NCBI GenBank assembly: GCA_964400745.1
Contig: CAYNVY010000001.1
Span: 13,560 to 77,559 of the forward strand
Reading direction: 5' to 3'
DNA: 64,000 nt
Source: an uncultured Enterobacteriaceae bacterium
GTDB taxonomy: Bacteria > Pseudomonadota > Gammaproteobacteria > Burkholderiales > SG8-39
In this document: positions 55,503 through 63,198 of the stretch, one piece after another
How the letters are laid out: every line of letters starts with the position of its first letter
How positions within the stretch are numbered: position 1 is the stretch's first letter
Program-made: the position numbers and the translations under genes
The notes under the pieces: model-generated
Told to the model about the DNA's origin: nothing
The model's database searches: none
What the model saw: only the letters and a program-made list of their open reading frames with translations

Positions 55503-57050
55503 CTACGCGAGTCCCTTCTTCCGAACCTTGCCGGTATCGGTCTTCGGCAATTCGGTGACGAATTGCACGTATTTCGGCGCCATGAAATTCTCCAGGCGCG
55601 CGAGGCAGTGCCGCATTACCTGGCGTTCGGTCACGGCATGGCCCTCCCTGAGTACTACGAAGGCCTTGACCGCCTGGCCGAGGACATCGTCAGGCACGCC
55701 GATCACGGCGGCGTCGACCACCCCTTCCAGGCTGCAAATCGCATTTTCCACCTCGCGCGGGCTGATCTTCTCGCCGCGGCTCTTGATGATGTCGTCCTTG
55801 CGCCCGACGAAGTAGAGCCAGCCTTCCTCGTCGGTGCGGAACACGTCCCCCGAATACAGCACCGACTCCCCGGGGATCGGGCCGGGCTTGAGGCATTTGG
55901 CGGTTTCTGCCGGCTTCTCCCAGTAGCCCCGCATCACGTTCGAGCCGCGTATCACCAGTTCTCCGGTGCTACCGTTTGGCAGCCGGCGCCCGGCCTCGTC
56001 GACCAGCCAGACCTCCTCGTTCGGCATGCCGCGGCCAACGCTGGTAGGGCGAAGGTCGAGTTGCTCGGGCGGCAGATAGGTCACGCGCTTGCACTCGGTG
56101 AGACCGTACATCGAAAACAGCGTCGCCTGCGGGAACAGCGCGCGCAGCCGCCGAATGTGCTCCTCGGACAAGGCAGCGGCCGTATTGGTGATCATGCGCA
56201 GGGCGGAAAGGTCGAAACTCTCCAGCCCCTTCAGGTGCATCAGCAGCGTGAACATCGTCGGTACGCCGGGGAACACGGTAACGCGCTCCCGCGCCATCAC
56301 CTCGAGGACCTTGACCGGGAATGCAAACGAGCGCTCCAGCACCAGCGTGGCGCCGAGCTTGAACGACATCAGCACCTGGTAGAGGCCGTAGTCGAAAGCG
56401 AGCGGCAATGCGCACAGGACGATATCGTCTTCCCGCAGCCCGAGATAGGTGCTGATCGAGCGCGCCGCCGACACCATGTTGAGGTGGGTCAGCATCACGC
56501 CCTTCGCCTCACCGGTGGAGCCCGAGGTATAGATGATGCTCGCGAGGTCCTGATCGATCGTCAGCGGCTCAATCCCGGTGCCTTCGATGACGTCATGCGG
56601 TCGCGGATAGGGCAGGCACCGGTCGGGCAGCCCCCCGGGCCCGGCCGGATCGCCCGCCGGCGCGCCCGCCACCAGGCACGTGTGCACCGTGCCGTTGGCG
56701 AGCAGGGCTTCTCGCCAGACTCCGCCCAGCACCGCGTGTGTGACGAGTGCACTCGCGCGCGAGTCGTTCAGCAGATAGGCGAGCTTGTCCTGCTTGGTCA
56801 GCGGGTTCACCGGCATGAACACTGCGCCGAGGCGCAGCGCTGCGTAGACGCCCGCGATCATCTCGAGTCCGTTGTCGAGAAACAGAGCCACGCGGTCGCC
56901 TCGCTTGACCCCTCTGGCGCGCAGCAGTCGTGCCAATTGGTCCACGCGTGCCGCAACGCCGGCATAGGTATGGCGCTCGCCGTCGCAGACCAGCGCAGTT
57001 TTCTCAGGCAGCCTGCGCGCGGATTCTTCAAAGAGCTGATGCAGCAGCAT
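55503..57050 (-). CDS. AMP-forming acyl-CoA/acyl-ACP ligase (exosortase-A-system-associated type)
   Basis: Start MLLHQLFEESARRLPEKTALV (ATG 57048-57050); the 86-codon upstream extension is Arg/Ser/Pro-rich. AMP-binding motif IIYTSGSTGEAKGVMLTH, ...GELVIRG..., ...GDVFRTDEEGWLYFVGRKDD..., and terminal ...PKTDTGKVRKK. Confidence 0.85.
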   Translation of the reverse strand: MLLHQLFEESARRLPEKTALVCDGERHTYAGVAARVDQLARLLRARGVKRGDRVALFLDNGLEMIAGVYAALRLGAVFMPVNPLTKQDKLAYLLNDSRASALVTHAVLGGVWREALLANGTVHTCLVAGAPAGDPAGPGGLPDRCLPYPRPHDVIEGTGIEPLTIDQDLASIIYTSGSTGEAKGVMLTHLNMVSAARSISTYLGLREDDIVLCALPLAFDYGLYQVLMSFKLGATLVLERSFAFPVKVLEVMARERVTVFPGVPTMFTLLMHLKGLESFDLSALRMITNTAAALSEEHIRRLRALFPQATLFSMYGLTECKRVTYLPPEQLDLRPTSVGRGMPNEEVWLVDEAGRRLPNGSTGELVIRGSNVMRGYWEKPAETAKCLKPGPIPGESVLYSGDVFRTDEEGWLYFVGRKDDIIKSRGEKISPREVENAICSLEGVVDAAVIGVPDDVLGQAVKAFVVLREGHAVTERQVMRHCLARLENFMAPKYVQFVTELPKTDTGKVRKKGLA

Positions 57051-57114
57051 GGATTTCTTCGCACCCGATTGCGCCAACGCGTCAGGCCGCAAGTATATCC
57101 TGACCCGGCGCGAG

Positions 57115-59055
57115 CTACCCGGAAGCCGTGCCGCGGCCAAGGATGAATTGCTCGTGCAGCAGCATGGTCGACAGGATGGTGACAAAGGCCATATTATCCG
57201 CGAAACCGATGGCGCGGCCCGCGCGGCATTTTTCGACCAGCTTGCCCACTGCGCCGGCGTCGAAATACCCGGCTGCGGAGATCTTCGGCGCACCGAGGAG
57301 CTGCGCAACGTACTCGACGGGCTTTCCGCCCTCGAAGAAGCTCTGGCTGTCCGGCGCCCGGTACGGCTGTTTGGTGCGCGTGCGCACGGAATCCGGCAGC
57401 AATCCCTTCATCGACTTCTTCAGCAGGTATTTCTCCAGCAGGCCATGCAGCTTCCATTGCGGCGGCAGCCGGTTGGCGAATTCGATCACGCGATGGTCGA
57501 GGAAGGGAAAGCGCCCCTCCACGGAATTGGCCATCGCGACGCGGTCGCCCTGCGAACAGAGCAGGTAACCGGTCATCAGCGTATGCGCCTCCACGTACTG
57601 GTCCCGGCACATCGGCGTCCATCGCCCTATGCCGGCCGGAAGCGTCGCCATGATCGCGGCATACGGATCCCAGGGGCCGATCGCCTCGCGCGCCTGCTGC
57701 GAGAAGAACTGGCCGATGCGGCGGGTCGTCGTCCAGCGCGGGATGTGCGCGAAGTACGGCTGGTCGCAATGCTCCATCCCCTCCCTGAAGAAAGCTTGGG
57801 TGAAAGCGCGACCGGCTGCCGGAGAGTGCTTCAGATACGGGTAGAGCCGCTCCAGAATGCGCGGTCGCGACTTTGAACCGGGCGACCTTGCCCAGAAGCG
57901 GCGGATCTTGGCTTCCTTGAACAGGTCGTATCCGCCGAATACCTCGTCCGCACCCTCTCCGGTCAACACCACCTTGTAGCCGCAATCGCGCACATGACCC
58001 GAAAGCAGCATCAGCGGCGCCGGCGCTGTGCGCACGATCGGTGTTTCCGTATGAAAAACCGTGCGCGCAAACGCGCCCGCGATATCCGCTCGGGTACAGT
58101 GCAGCGACGTGTGCTCGGTGCCTAGGTAGGCGACCAGTTCCCTCTGGTAGGCGCGCTCGTCGAATTCCGCATCTTCGAAAGTCAGCGAAAAAGTGCGCAG
58201 CGGCGCGTCGGAGAAGTTGTGAATGATCGAGGTAATAATCGATGAGTCGAGTCCACCGCTCAGATAGGCGCCCACGGGAACGTCCGCACGCAGCTGCAAG
58301 CGCGTCGCGTCTACCAACAACGCCCGCAACTCGTCCGCACAGTCGGATTCGTCGCGCCGCGGATCCGGCGGGGTTTCGGGGAAATCCCAATCCCAGTATC
58401 GATGCAGGCGCCGCGTGCCCCGGGTCACCGTCATGACGTGACCTGGCGGCAACGACGACACGCCCTCGAACGCGGTGCGCGGCGCGAGCGGCGACCAGTA
58501 GGTGCAGATTTCGGCCAGGGCCCGGAGATCGAGTCGGCGAGGGACTTCGGGCAAGGCGAACAGTGCCTTCACCTCGGAAGCAAAGACTAGCCGCCCCCCG
58601 ACCTCGGCATAAAACAAGGGACGGATCCCGACGCGGTCACGCGCCAGCACCAGGCGCTGGCGTTGAGCGTCCCACAACGCGATGGCGAACTGCCCGTTCA
58701 GGTGTTCTACGAAGCGCTCGCCGTACTCCTCGTAGAGATGAACCAGCACCTCCGTGTCCGACTGCGTGCGGAACTGGTGGCCGAGGGCTCGCAGGTCCCG
58801 CCGCAATTCGATGTAGTTGAAGATTTCGCCATTGAACACGACCCAGACGGTGCGCGTCTCGTTGGGGATCGGCTGCTGGCCCCCGGCGAGGTCGATGATG
58901 CTCAGACGTGCGTGAGCCAGACCCACCACACCGTCAACAAACATGCCGGTGTCATCGGGACCACGATGATGCAGCCGCCCGATCATGGCATCGAGTTCCC
59001 CGCGCTCGGGCAGCTTTCCCCCGCTCGAAGCCAGGATGCCCGCTATGCCGCACAT
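57115..59055 (-). CDS. Asparagine-synthase-family glutamine amidotransferase (XrtA/PEP-CTERM system amidotransferase type)
   Basis: Ntn start MCGIAGIL and synthetase-domain PP-loop AYLSGGLDSSIITS. The 646-aa length is typical of the exosortase-associated AsnB paralogues. Confidence 0.85.
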   Translation of the reverse strand: MCGIAGILASSGGKLPERGELDAMIGRLHHRGPDDTGMFVDGVVGLAHARLSIIDLAGGQQPIPNETRTVWVVFNGEIFNYIELRRDLRALGHQFRTQSDTEVLVHLYEEYGERFVEHLNGQFAIALWDAQRQRLVLARDRVGIRPLFYAEVGGRLVFASEVKALFALPEVPRRLDLRALAEICTYWSPLAPRTAFEGVSSLPPGHVMTVTRGTRRLHRYWDWDFPETPPDPRRDESDCADELRALLVDATRLQLRADVPVGAYLSGGLDSSIITSIIHNFSDAPLRTFSLTFEDAEFDERAYQRELVAYLGTEHTSLHCTRADIAGAFARTVFHTETPIVRTAPAPLMLLSGHVRDCGYKVVLTGEGADEVFGGYDLFKEAKIRRFWARSPGSKSRPRILERLYPYLKHSPAAGRAFTQAFFREGMEHCDQPYFAHIPRWTTTRRIGQFFSQQAREAIGPWDPYAAIMATLPAGIGRWTPMCRDQYVEAHTLMTGYLLCSQGDRVAMANSVEGRFPFLDHRVIEFANRLPPQWKLHGLLEKYLLKKSMKGLLPDSVRTRTKQPYRAPDSQSFFEGGKPVEYVAQLLGAPKISAAGYFDAGAVGKLVEKCRAGRAIGFADNMAFVTILSTMLLHEQFILGRGTASG

Positions 59056-59422
59056 CTGGTGTTGGCCTCCGGCGCCCTGCCACGCCGGTGACTTCGATCA
59101 GGTCGCGAAAATTCCCGGCACCATAACGTGTGCATGACTAACGATTCCTGAAGCGACGAGGTAGCCCCTTGTAGTATCTCATTCTGCTGCAAAACCGCAA
59201 CGGATGGATGTGCCGGCGCGATCGGTCTCTCGTGGCCAAGTTGCCAGCCTTGGGTCGCGGAAATCATCTTGTCCGGGCGCCGCTTTCGCCGCTAGTCCGT
59301 TTCGACCGCTACCCGCCTTGTCGGACATTCATTCGACGAACCAAGGAGTCGGGACACTGGCGGCATTTGCTGTATTCCCTTTTCGGCGCGCAAAAGGAAT
59401 GCAGCGATTCGACCCAGCTCAA

Positions 59423-59439
59423 TGTCGAAAAATCTTACA
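59423..59439 (+). promoter_or_regulatory. Candidate enhancer (UAS) dyad TGT-N11-ACA, gene B
   Basis: TGTCGAAAAATCTTACA starts 91 nt upstream of the -24 T (59514). Confidence 0.3.
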
Positions 59440-59513
59440 TGTAGCTTGCGGAGAGGTCATACGGTTTGCTCTAACTATTCTTAGAACACTGATATATATA
59501 CCTTTATTTTACT

Positions 59514-59529
59514 TGGCACGGTTGGTGCT
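59514..59529 (+). promoter_or_regulatory. Sigma-54 (-24/-12) promoter of PEP-CTERM gene B
   Basis: TGGCACGGTTGGTGCT: perfect -24 TGGCAC and a GC in the correct register, about 98 nt upstream of ATG 59627. An AT-rich tract (GATATATATACCTTTATTTTAC) lies immediately upstream. Confidence 0.7.
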
Positions 59530-59626
59530 TATAGGACTGACAAAGTCACAATGGATGTTCTGGTTTGTCAGCGCAAATGAAGATCAGAACTCCGTGGCAA
59601 GAACGATTTTCAAGAAAGGAAACATC

Positions 59627-60415
59627 ATGAGAAAGACCTTTAAGCATCGTGGATTGGCTTTGGCGTTCGCTGTGGCGGCGCTGTTCGGGGCTGAAGCGGC
59701 CATGGCGGCGCCGATGACTTTGACCACCGGCGACAAGATCGCTCTGGGATATGGGGCGGGTGCCAACGGTGACACATGGGGCGGCGGCGAGTTCCTTGTC
59801 AGCGGCGTCGCGGGCCAGGTCGCCCAGGGCGTGGGCGATAGCTTTTTCACCTTCTGTCTCGAGTACAGCGAACACTTCTCCCCCGGAAACCAGTATTTCG
59901 TACGGATCAATACGGGGGCGGTGAATGGCGGCTTGTCGACTACCGGGGGCTATGCAGACTCCGTTACGGACCCCAACATCGCCGCCAACTTCGATCCGAT
60001 AAGCCGGGCAACAGCGTGGCTTTACACCCAATTCATGACCAATGCCAGTTCGCTGGGTTATGACATGTCCGGCGGAAAGACCCAGACAGCTTCAGTCAAC
60101 CAGGCCCGGAACGACGCGTTCCAGCTCGCGATCTGGAAACTGGAAGGCGAACTCTCGGGCACCGTTCTGACGGCGTATAACGGCAATGCTCAAGCTCAGA
60201 CTTGGGTCACCGCTGCGATCGCCGGAAGCAGCAGCTGGACCGACACCGGGAACGTGCGCGTCATGAACCTGTACACCAATGCCAACCTGACCACGGGAGC
60301 TAGTCAGGACCAGCTCTACATGATGCCTGTCCCCGAGCCCGTATCGCTCGCCCTTCTCGGCCTCGGCCTTGCCGGGCTCGGTTTCGCCAGACGCAGAAAG
60401 CAGAGCGCCGCATAG
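59627..60415 (+). CDS. PEP-CTERM sorting-domain protein B (262 aa) with FCLE...FQLAIW motif pair
   Basis: AAGGA SD, signal peptide MRKTFKHRGLALAFAVAALFGAEAAMA, and C-terminus ...MMPVPEPVSLALLGLGLAGLGFARRRKQSAA. Single mature Cys (Cys77). Confidence 0.9.
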   Translation: MRKTFKHRGLALAFAVAALFGAEAAMAAPMTLTTGDKIALGYGAGANGDTWGGGEFLVSGVAGQVAQGVGDSFFTFCLEYSEHFSPGNQYFVRINTGAVNGGLSTTGGYADSVTDPNIAANFDPISRATAWLYTQFMTNASSLGYDMSGGKTQTASVNQARNDAFQLAIWKLEGELSGTVLTAYNGNAQAQTWVTAAIAGSSSWTDTGNVRVMNLYTNANLTTGASQDQLYMMPVPEPVSLALLGLGLAGLGFARRRKQSAA

Positions 60416-60441
60416 TAATTGTCGGCAGCCCTCAATACGGA

Positions 60442-60468
60442 CCCCGCTTCGGCGGGGTTTCTTTTTTG
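60442..60468 (+). terminator. Rho-independent terminator after PEP-CTERM gene B
   Basis: CCCCGC-TTCG-GCGGGG hairpin (60443-60458) followed by TTTCTTTTTT. Confidence 0.8.
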
Positions 60469-60733
60469 TGCACTTTCCTGGTGTACCCCCGCAGGCGGCG
60501 CAAGCTCTGAGATCGGCAAGCCCCCACTCTGGAGCACCATCGACGCCGTAGAAGCGCACCGGCGCGGCAAGACGGCCAGGCCGCATACGCCGTGCTGGAT
60601 ATCGCACAGATCGATGATCCGCCACCCTGCCGCGAACTACGAATTCGCGATCCCGCGTCAGCCGTTAGCTCGACGCACGCCCGGCGCTTGACAATGCTTT
60701 GCCTAACGGTACTGTCGAAGAAAAGCACAGCGA

Positions 60734-60751
60734 TGTCGGCAAGCCATCACA
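60734..60751 (+). promoter_or_regulatory. Candidate enhancer (UAS) dyad TGT-N12-ACA, gene C
   Basis: TGTCGGCAAGCCATCACA starts exactly 79 nt upstream of the -24 T (60813) and shares TGTCGGCAA with gene D. Confidence 0.3.
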
Positions 60752-60812
60752 TTGTCCCCGACGACGGCTTGTAACAGCATAATTACATGTATCTATACGC
60801 ATCTTCATGTAA

Positions 60813-60828
60813 TGGCACGGATCATGCT
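60813..60828 (+). promoter_or_regulatory. Sigma-54 (-24/-12) promoter of PEP-CTERM gene C
   Basis: TGGCACGGATCATGCT: perfect -24 and correct GG-N10-GC register, about 130 nt upstream of ATG 60957. Confidence 0.65.
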
Positions 60829-60956
60829 TAATAGTCTATATGCCTGCGCGGAAGCACTTACGTTGGCGGACTGCGGTTCGCTAAATGCAGAGATATCCGG
60901 ACAGTTGGCATGTGATTACTCTTATAGGACTTATGCATATGAAGCAGGGCCCGGCT

Positions 60957-61724
60957 ATGAAAATGAAATCCATCCTGTCCGCAGTTGCCGTCATCGGTTT
61001 GGCCGCTGCAAGTCAATCGGCCGCGGCAGCGACCATCGCCGTAAACTACGCGGGTTCAGCCAATTTCGGCAGCGGTGGCGTCGGCTACTACAACGGTTCG
61101 GTCGCACCCAACCCCGCTTCGTCCACCGCGCTGGTCGGTGTCGGAATCGGCGGCGACAGTTTCACTTCGGCGAATCACACGTACGATTTCTCCGTTACAG
61201 GTCAATTCAATACCTGGTGTGTCGACATCTACCATTGGCTGGCCGGCGGCGCGGTCACCTACAACGTCGCAAGCGGAGCTGATCTCGCCGCTTCACTCGA
61301 TACGCTACGGCCGGGGATTCCGAACGGTTCGACGAGGGTGAACCAGCTCATCCTGTTAGCCAACGACGTGTACAGCACGGTCAATACGAAGCTTGAGTCC
61401 GCGGCCTTTCAATTGGCCGTCTGGGCGGTCACCTACGGCAACGCTGACGGAACGGGACATTATTCCATCAACACGACGAACTCCGGCTTCAAGGTGGACA
61501 GCGGAACTGCGGGTTCGGCCTATGGCGTCTTGGCCAACAGCTGGCTGGCCAACCTGGGCACAGCAGCCGATACAGGAAGCTACAAGCTCGCTTACTTGAA
61601 TGACGGCACGGCGAACAATACGCAGGACATGGTCGTGTTCACAACTGTTCCCGAGCCTTCGGCTTTCTGGTTGGTCGCCTTCAGCCTGCTGGGCCTGGGG
61701 CTGGCAAGGAAAAGGTCGGCGTAG
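60957..61724 (+). CDS. PEP-CTERM sorting-domain protein C (255 aa) with WCVD...FQLAVW motif pair
   Basis: Signal peptide MKMKSILSAVAVIGLAAASQSAAAA and C-terminus ...FTTVPEPSAFWLVAFSLLGLGLARKRSA. Single mature Cys (Cys88). Start could be 60933-60963. Confidence 0.9.
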   Translation: MKMKSILSAVAVIGLAAASQSAAAATIAVNYAGSANFGSGGVGYYNGSVAPNPASSTALVGVGIGGDSFTSANHTYDFSVTGQFNTWCVDIYHWLAGGAVTYNVASGADLAASLDTLRPGIPNGSTRVNQLILLANDVYSTVNTKLESAAFQLAVWAVTYGNADGTGHYSINTTNSGFKVDSGTAGSAYGVLANSWLANLGTAADTGSYKLAYLNDGTANNTQDMVVFTTVPEPSAFWLVAFSLLGLGLARKRSA

Positions 61725-61874
61725 TCGCCGAAGAACTGCGCCATAAAGCTCACGCCCCCTGTCGCGTTGCTTCTGTAGCAGGGGAGGTCAAACCATCCGC
61801 CGCCTTCTGTTGGAAATGCGATCTTCTATTCGGACGCCTGCAACGGGCAAAGCTGCCCGGCTGCAGGCGAGCAT

Positions 61875-62027
61875 TCAGTTGTACTTGGGCCCGGCTGCCG
61901 GCCTGGCTTTCCTGAAAAAGATCTGCATCTGGAATTCGTGGAGGATCCAGATGACCGTGGCAATCAGGTACCAATACCAGGGCCAGTCGTACTGATACAG
62001 CAATATGCAGGCAATAAAGAGTGTCAT
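61875..62027 (-). CDS. Candidate small membrane protein (50 aa), unknown function
   Basis: ATG 62025-62027 is preceded by GGGGGAGGG (GGAGG 8 nt upstream). It encodes MTLFIACILLYQYDWPWYWYLIATVIWILHEFQMQIFFRKARPAAGPKYN (two hydrophobic/aromatic segments plus a basic tail). No homologue recognised. Confidence 0.35.
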   Translation of the reverse strand: MTLFIACILLYQYDWPWYWYLIATVIWILHEFQMQIFFRKARPAAGPKYN

Positions 62028-62241
62028 ATCTTGTCCCTCCCCCAAGTACCGGGCTTGCACGGCGATCGCCTGTGGCAGGCCGTTCGAATACCGCTAGCCC
62101 GCGTGGCTACCGGAGAGCCGAACCAGGCGAGAGGCTACTATCACTTCCCGGCAAAGGCAACTATCGAGACAGACGCAGGCATGCAGCCTTAATTGAACAA
62201 GATGGAGGTCCAATAACAGATGGTCGCATAGCGCTGAAATT

Positions 62242-62258
62242 TGTCGGCAATCTTGACA
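62242..62258 (+). promoter_or_regulatory. Candidate enhancer (UAS) dyad TGT-N11-ACA, gene D
   Basis: TGTCGGCAATCTTGACA starts exactly 79 nt upstream of the -24 position (62321). An overlapping second dyad TGACAG-N8-CTGTCA lies at 62254-62273. Confidence 0.35.
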
Positions 62259-62320
62259 GTGCCGTTACTGTCACAGCTAAGCTAAATCGTAACATTCTAA
62301 TTAAATGAACGTTTTTATTC

Positions 62321-62336
62321 AGGCTCGATTCGTGCT
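62321..62336 (+). promoter_or_regulatory. Sigma-54 (-24/-12) promoter of PEP-CTERM gene D
   Basis: AGGCTCGATTCGTGCT: GG/GC in the correct register. The -12 region GTGCTTATA is nearly identical to that of gene B (GTGCTTATA). It lies 49 nt upstream of ATG 62385. The -24 is weaker (AGGCTC). Confidence 0.5.
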
Positions 62337-62384
62337 TATAAGAGATGAGCAAATAGCGAAACCGCATTCTAAAGAGGTCAATGC

Positions 62385-63026
62385 ATGAAACCAATCCTGA
62401 AGATTTTGTCCACCCTCACTCTGCTCATGGGGATTTCCGGCACTGCCCAGGCAACCGTTATTGCTCTGACCGGTTTCGGTGACTTTGGTCCGGGGGCGAC
62501 ACAGCTGACGTTTGCGGGAGTAGCGAACGGGGCTTTATCGAACCACGGCGGGGTAACGTTCTCAGTCGGTGCGAGCACCGGTAACGTAGGCACTGACGGC
62601 ACACCCGGCCGCACGGGGCCAAGCGACGCTCAATATGTAGACAACGTCTTTTCTCAAACCGGGTACTACTACTCCCCCCTGGCATTGTCTTTCTCCGGCC
62701 CCATCGGCATGGTAGGCTTTGAGGCAAGAACCAACTCTCCCGACGCTTTGACTCTGACCGCGCAACTCATTTCCAACAACAACCTCGTTGGCACGATAAG
62801 CTACGCGGCCCCCGGGAATTCCAACTGGTCTTTCTATGGTTTCAGTTCGACCGTCGCATTTGACAGATTGGTAATTGATCCCGCCAACAATGCGAATGGT
62901 TACATTCGAATCGACAATCTGACTTTCCAGTCGACTTCCGTGCCGGAACCTGCCGCTCTCGGAATCCTCGGCCTCGGCCTAGCCCTACTCGGCCTCAGCA
63001 GGCGCAGGAAACAGAAAGCCGCTTAG
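62385..63026 (+). CDS. PEP-CTERM sorting-domain protein D (213 aa)
   Basis: Signal peptide MKPILKILSTLTLLMGISGTAQA and C-terminus ...QSTSVPEPAALGILGLGLALLGLSRRRKQKAA. No Cys in the mature part. Confidence 0.9.
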   Translation: MKPILKILSTLTLLMGISGTAQATVIALTGFGDFGPGATQLTFAGVANGALSNHGGVTFSVGASTGNVGTDGTPGRTGPSDAQYVDNVFSQTGYYYSPLALSFSGPIGMVGFEARTNSPDALTLTAQLISNNNLVGTISYAAPGNSNWSFYGFSSTVAFDRLVIDPANNANGYIRIDNLTFQSTSVPEPAALGILGLGLALLGLSRRRKQKAA

Positions 63027-63045
63027 GCTGTTTCATCAACGCATG

Positions 63046-63077
63046 CGAAGCTCCCGCTTCGGCGCTGTTTTCGTTTT
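63046..63077 (+). terminator. Possible weak terminator after PEP-CTERM gene D
   Basis: CGAAGC-TCCC-GCTTCG hairpin (63046-63061) followed by GCGCTGTTTTCGTTTTGG. Short stem and an interrupted T-tract. Confidence 0.35.
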
Positions 63078-63198
63078 GGATTGCAGATGCGCGGGGGCCT
63101 GGGCGGGTAAAGATTCCGCGGATCCTCATGGCTGGAGAAGTGTCCCAGCGCCATGACGGCAACGTTGTCGGGCCCCCCCCTCGCGGTCCCTGTGCGCA

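Noticed and set aside
60906-60932. Second TTGGCATG...CTTATAGGACT element upstream of gene C that resembles the gene-B promoter (TTGGCACG...GCTTATAGGACT).
   Set aside because: With GG at 60907-60908 the -12 position (60919-60920) reads CT, not GC, and the alignment to promoter B needs a 1-nt indel. It is probably a decayed duplicate of the promoter now in the 5' UTR. The 60813 element is the functional candidate.
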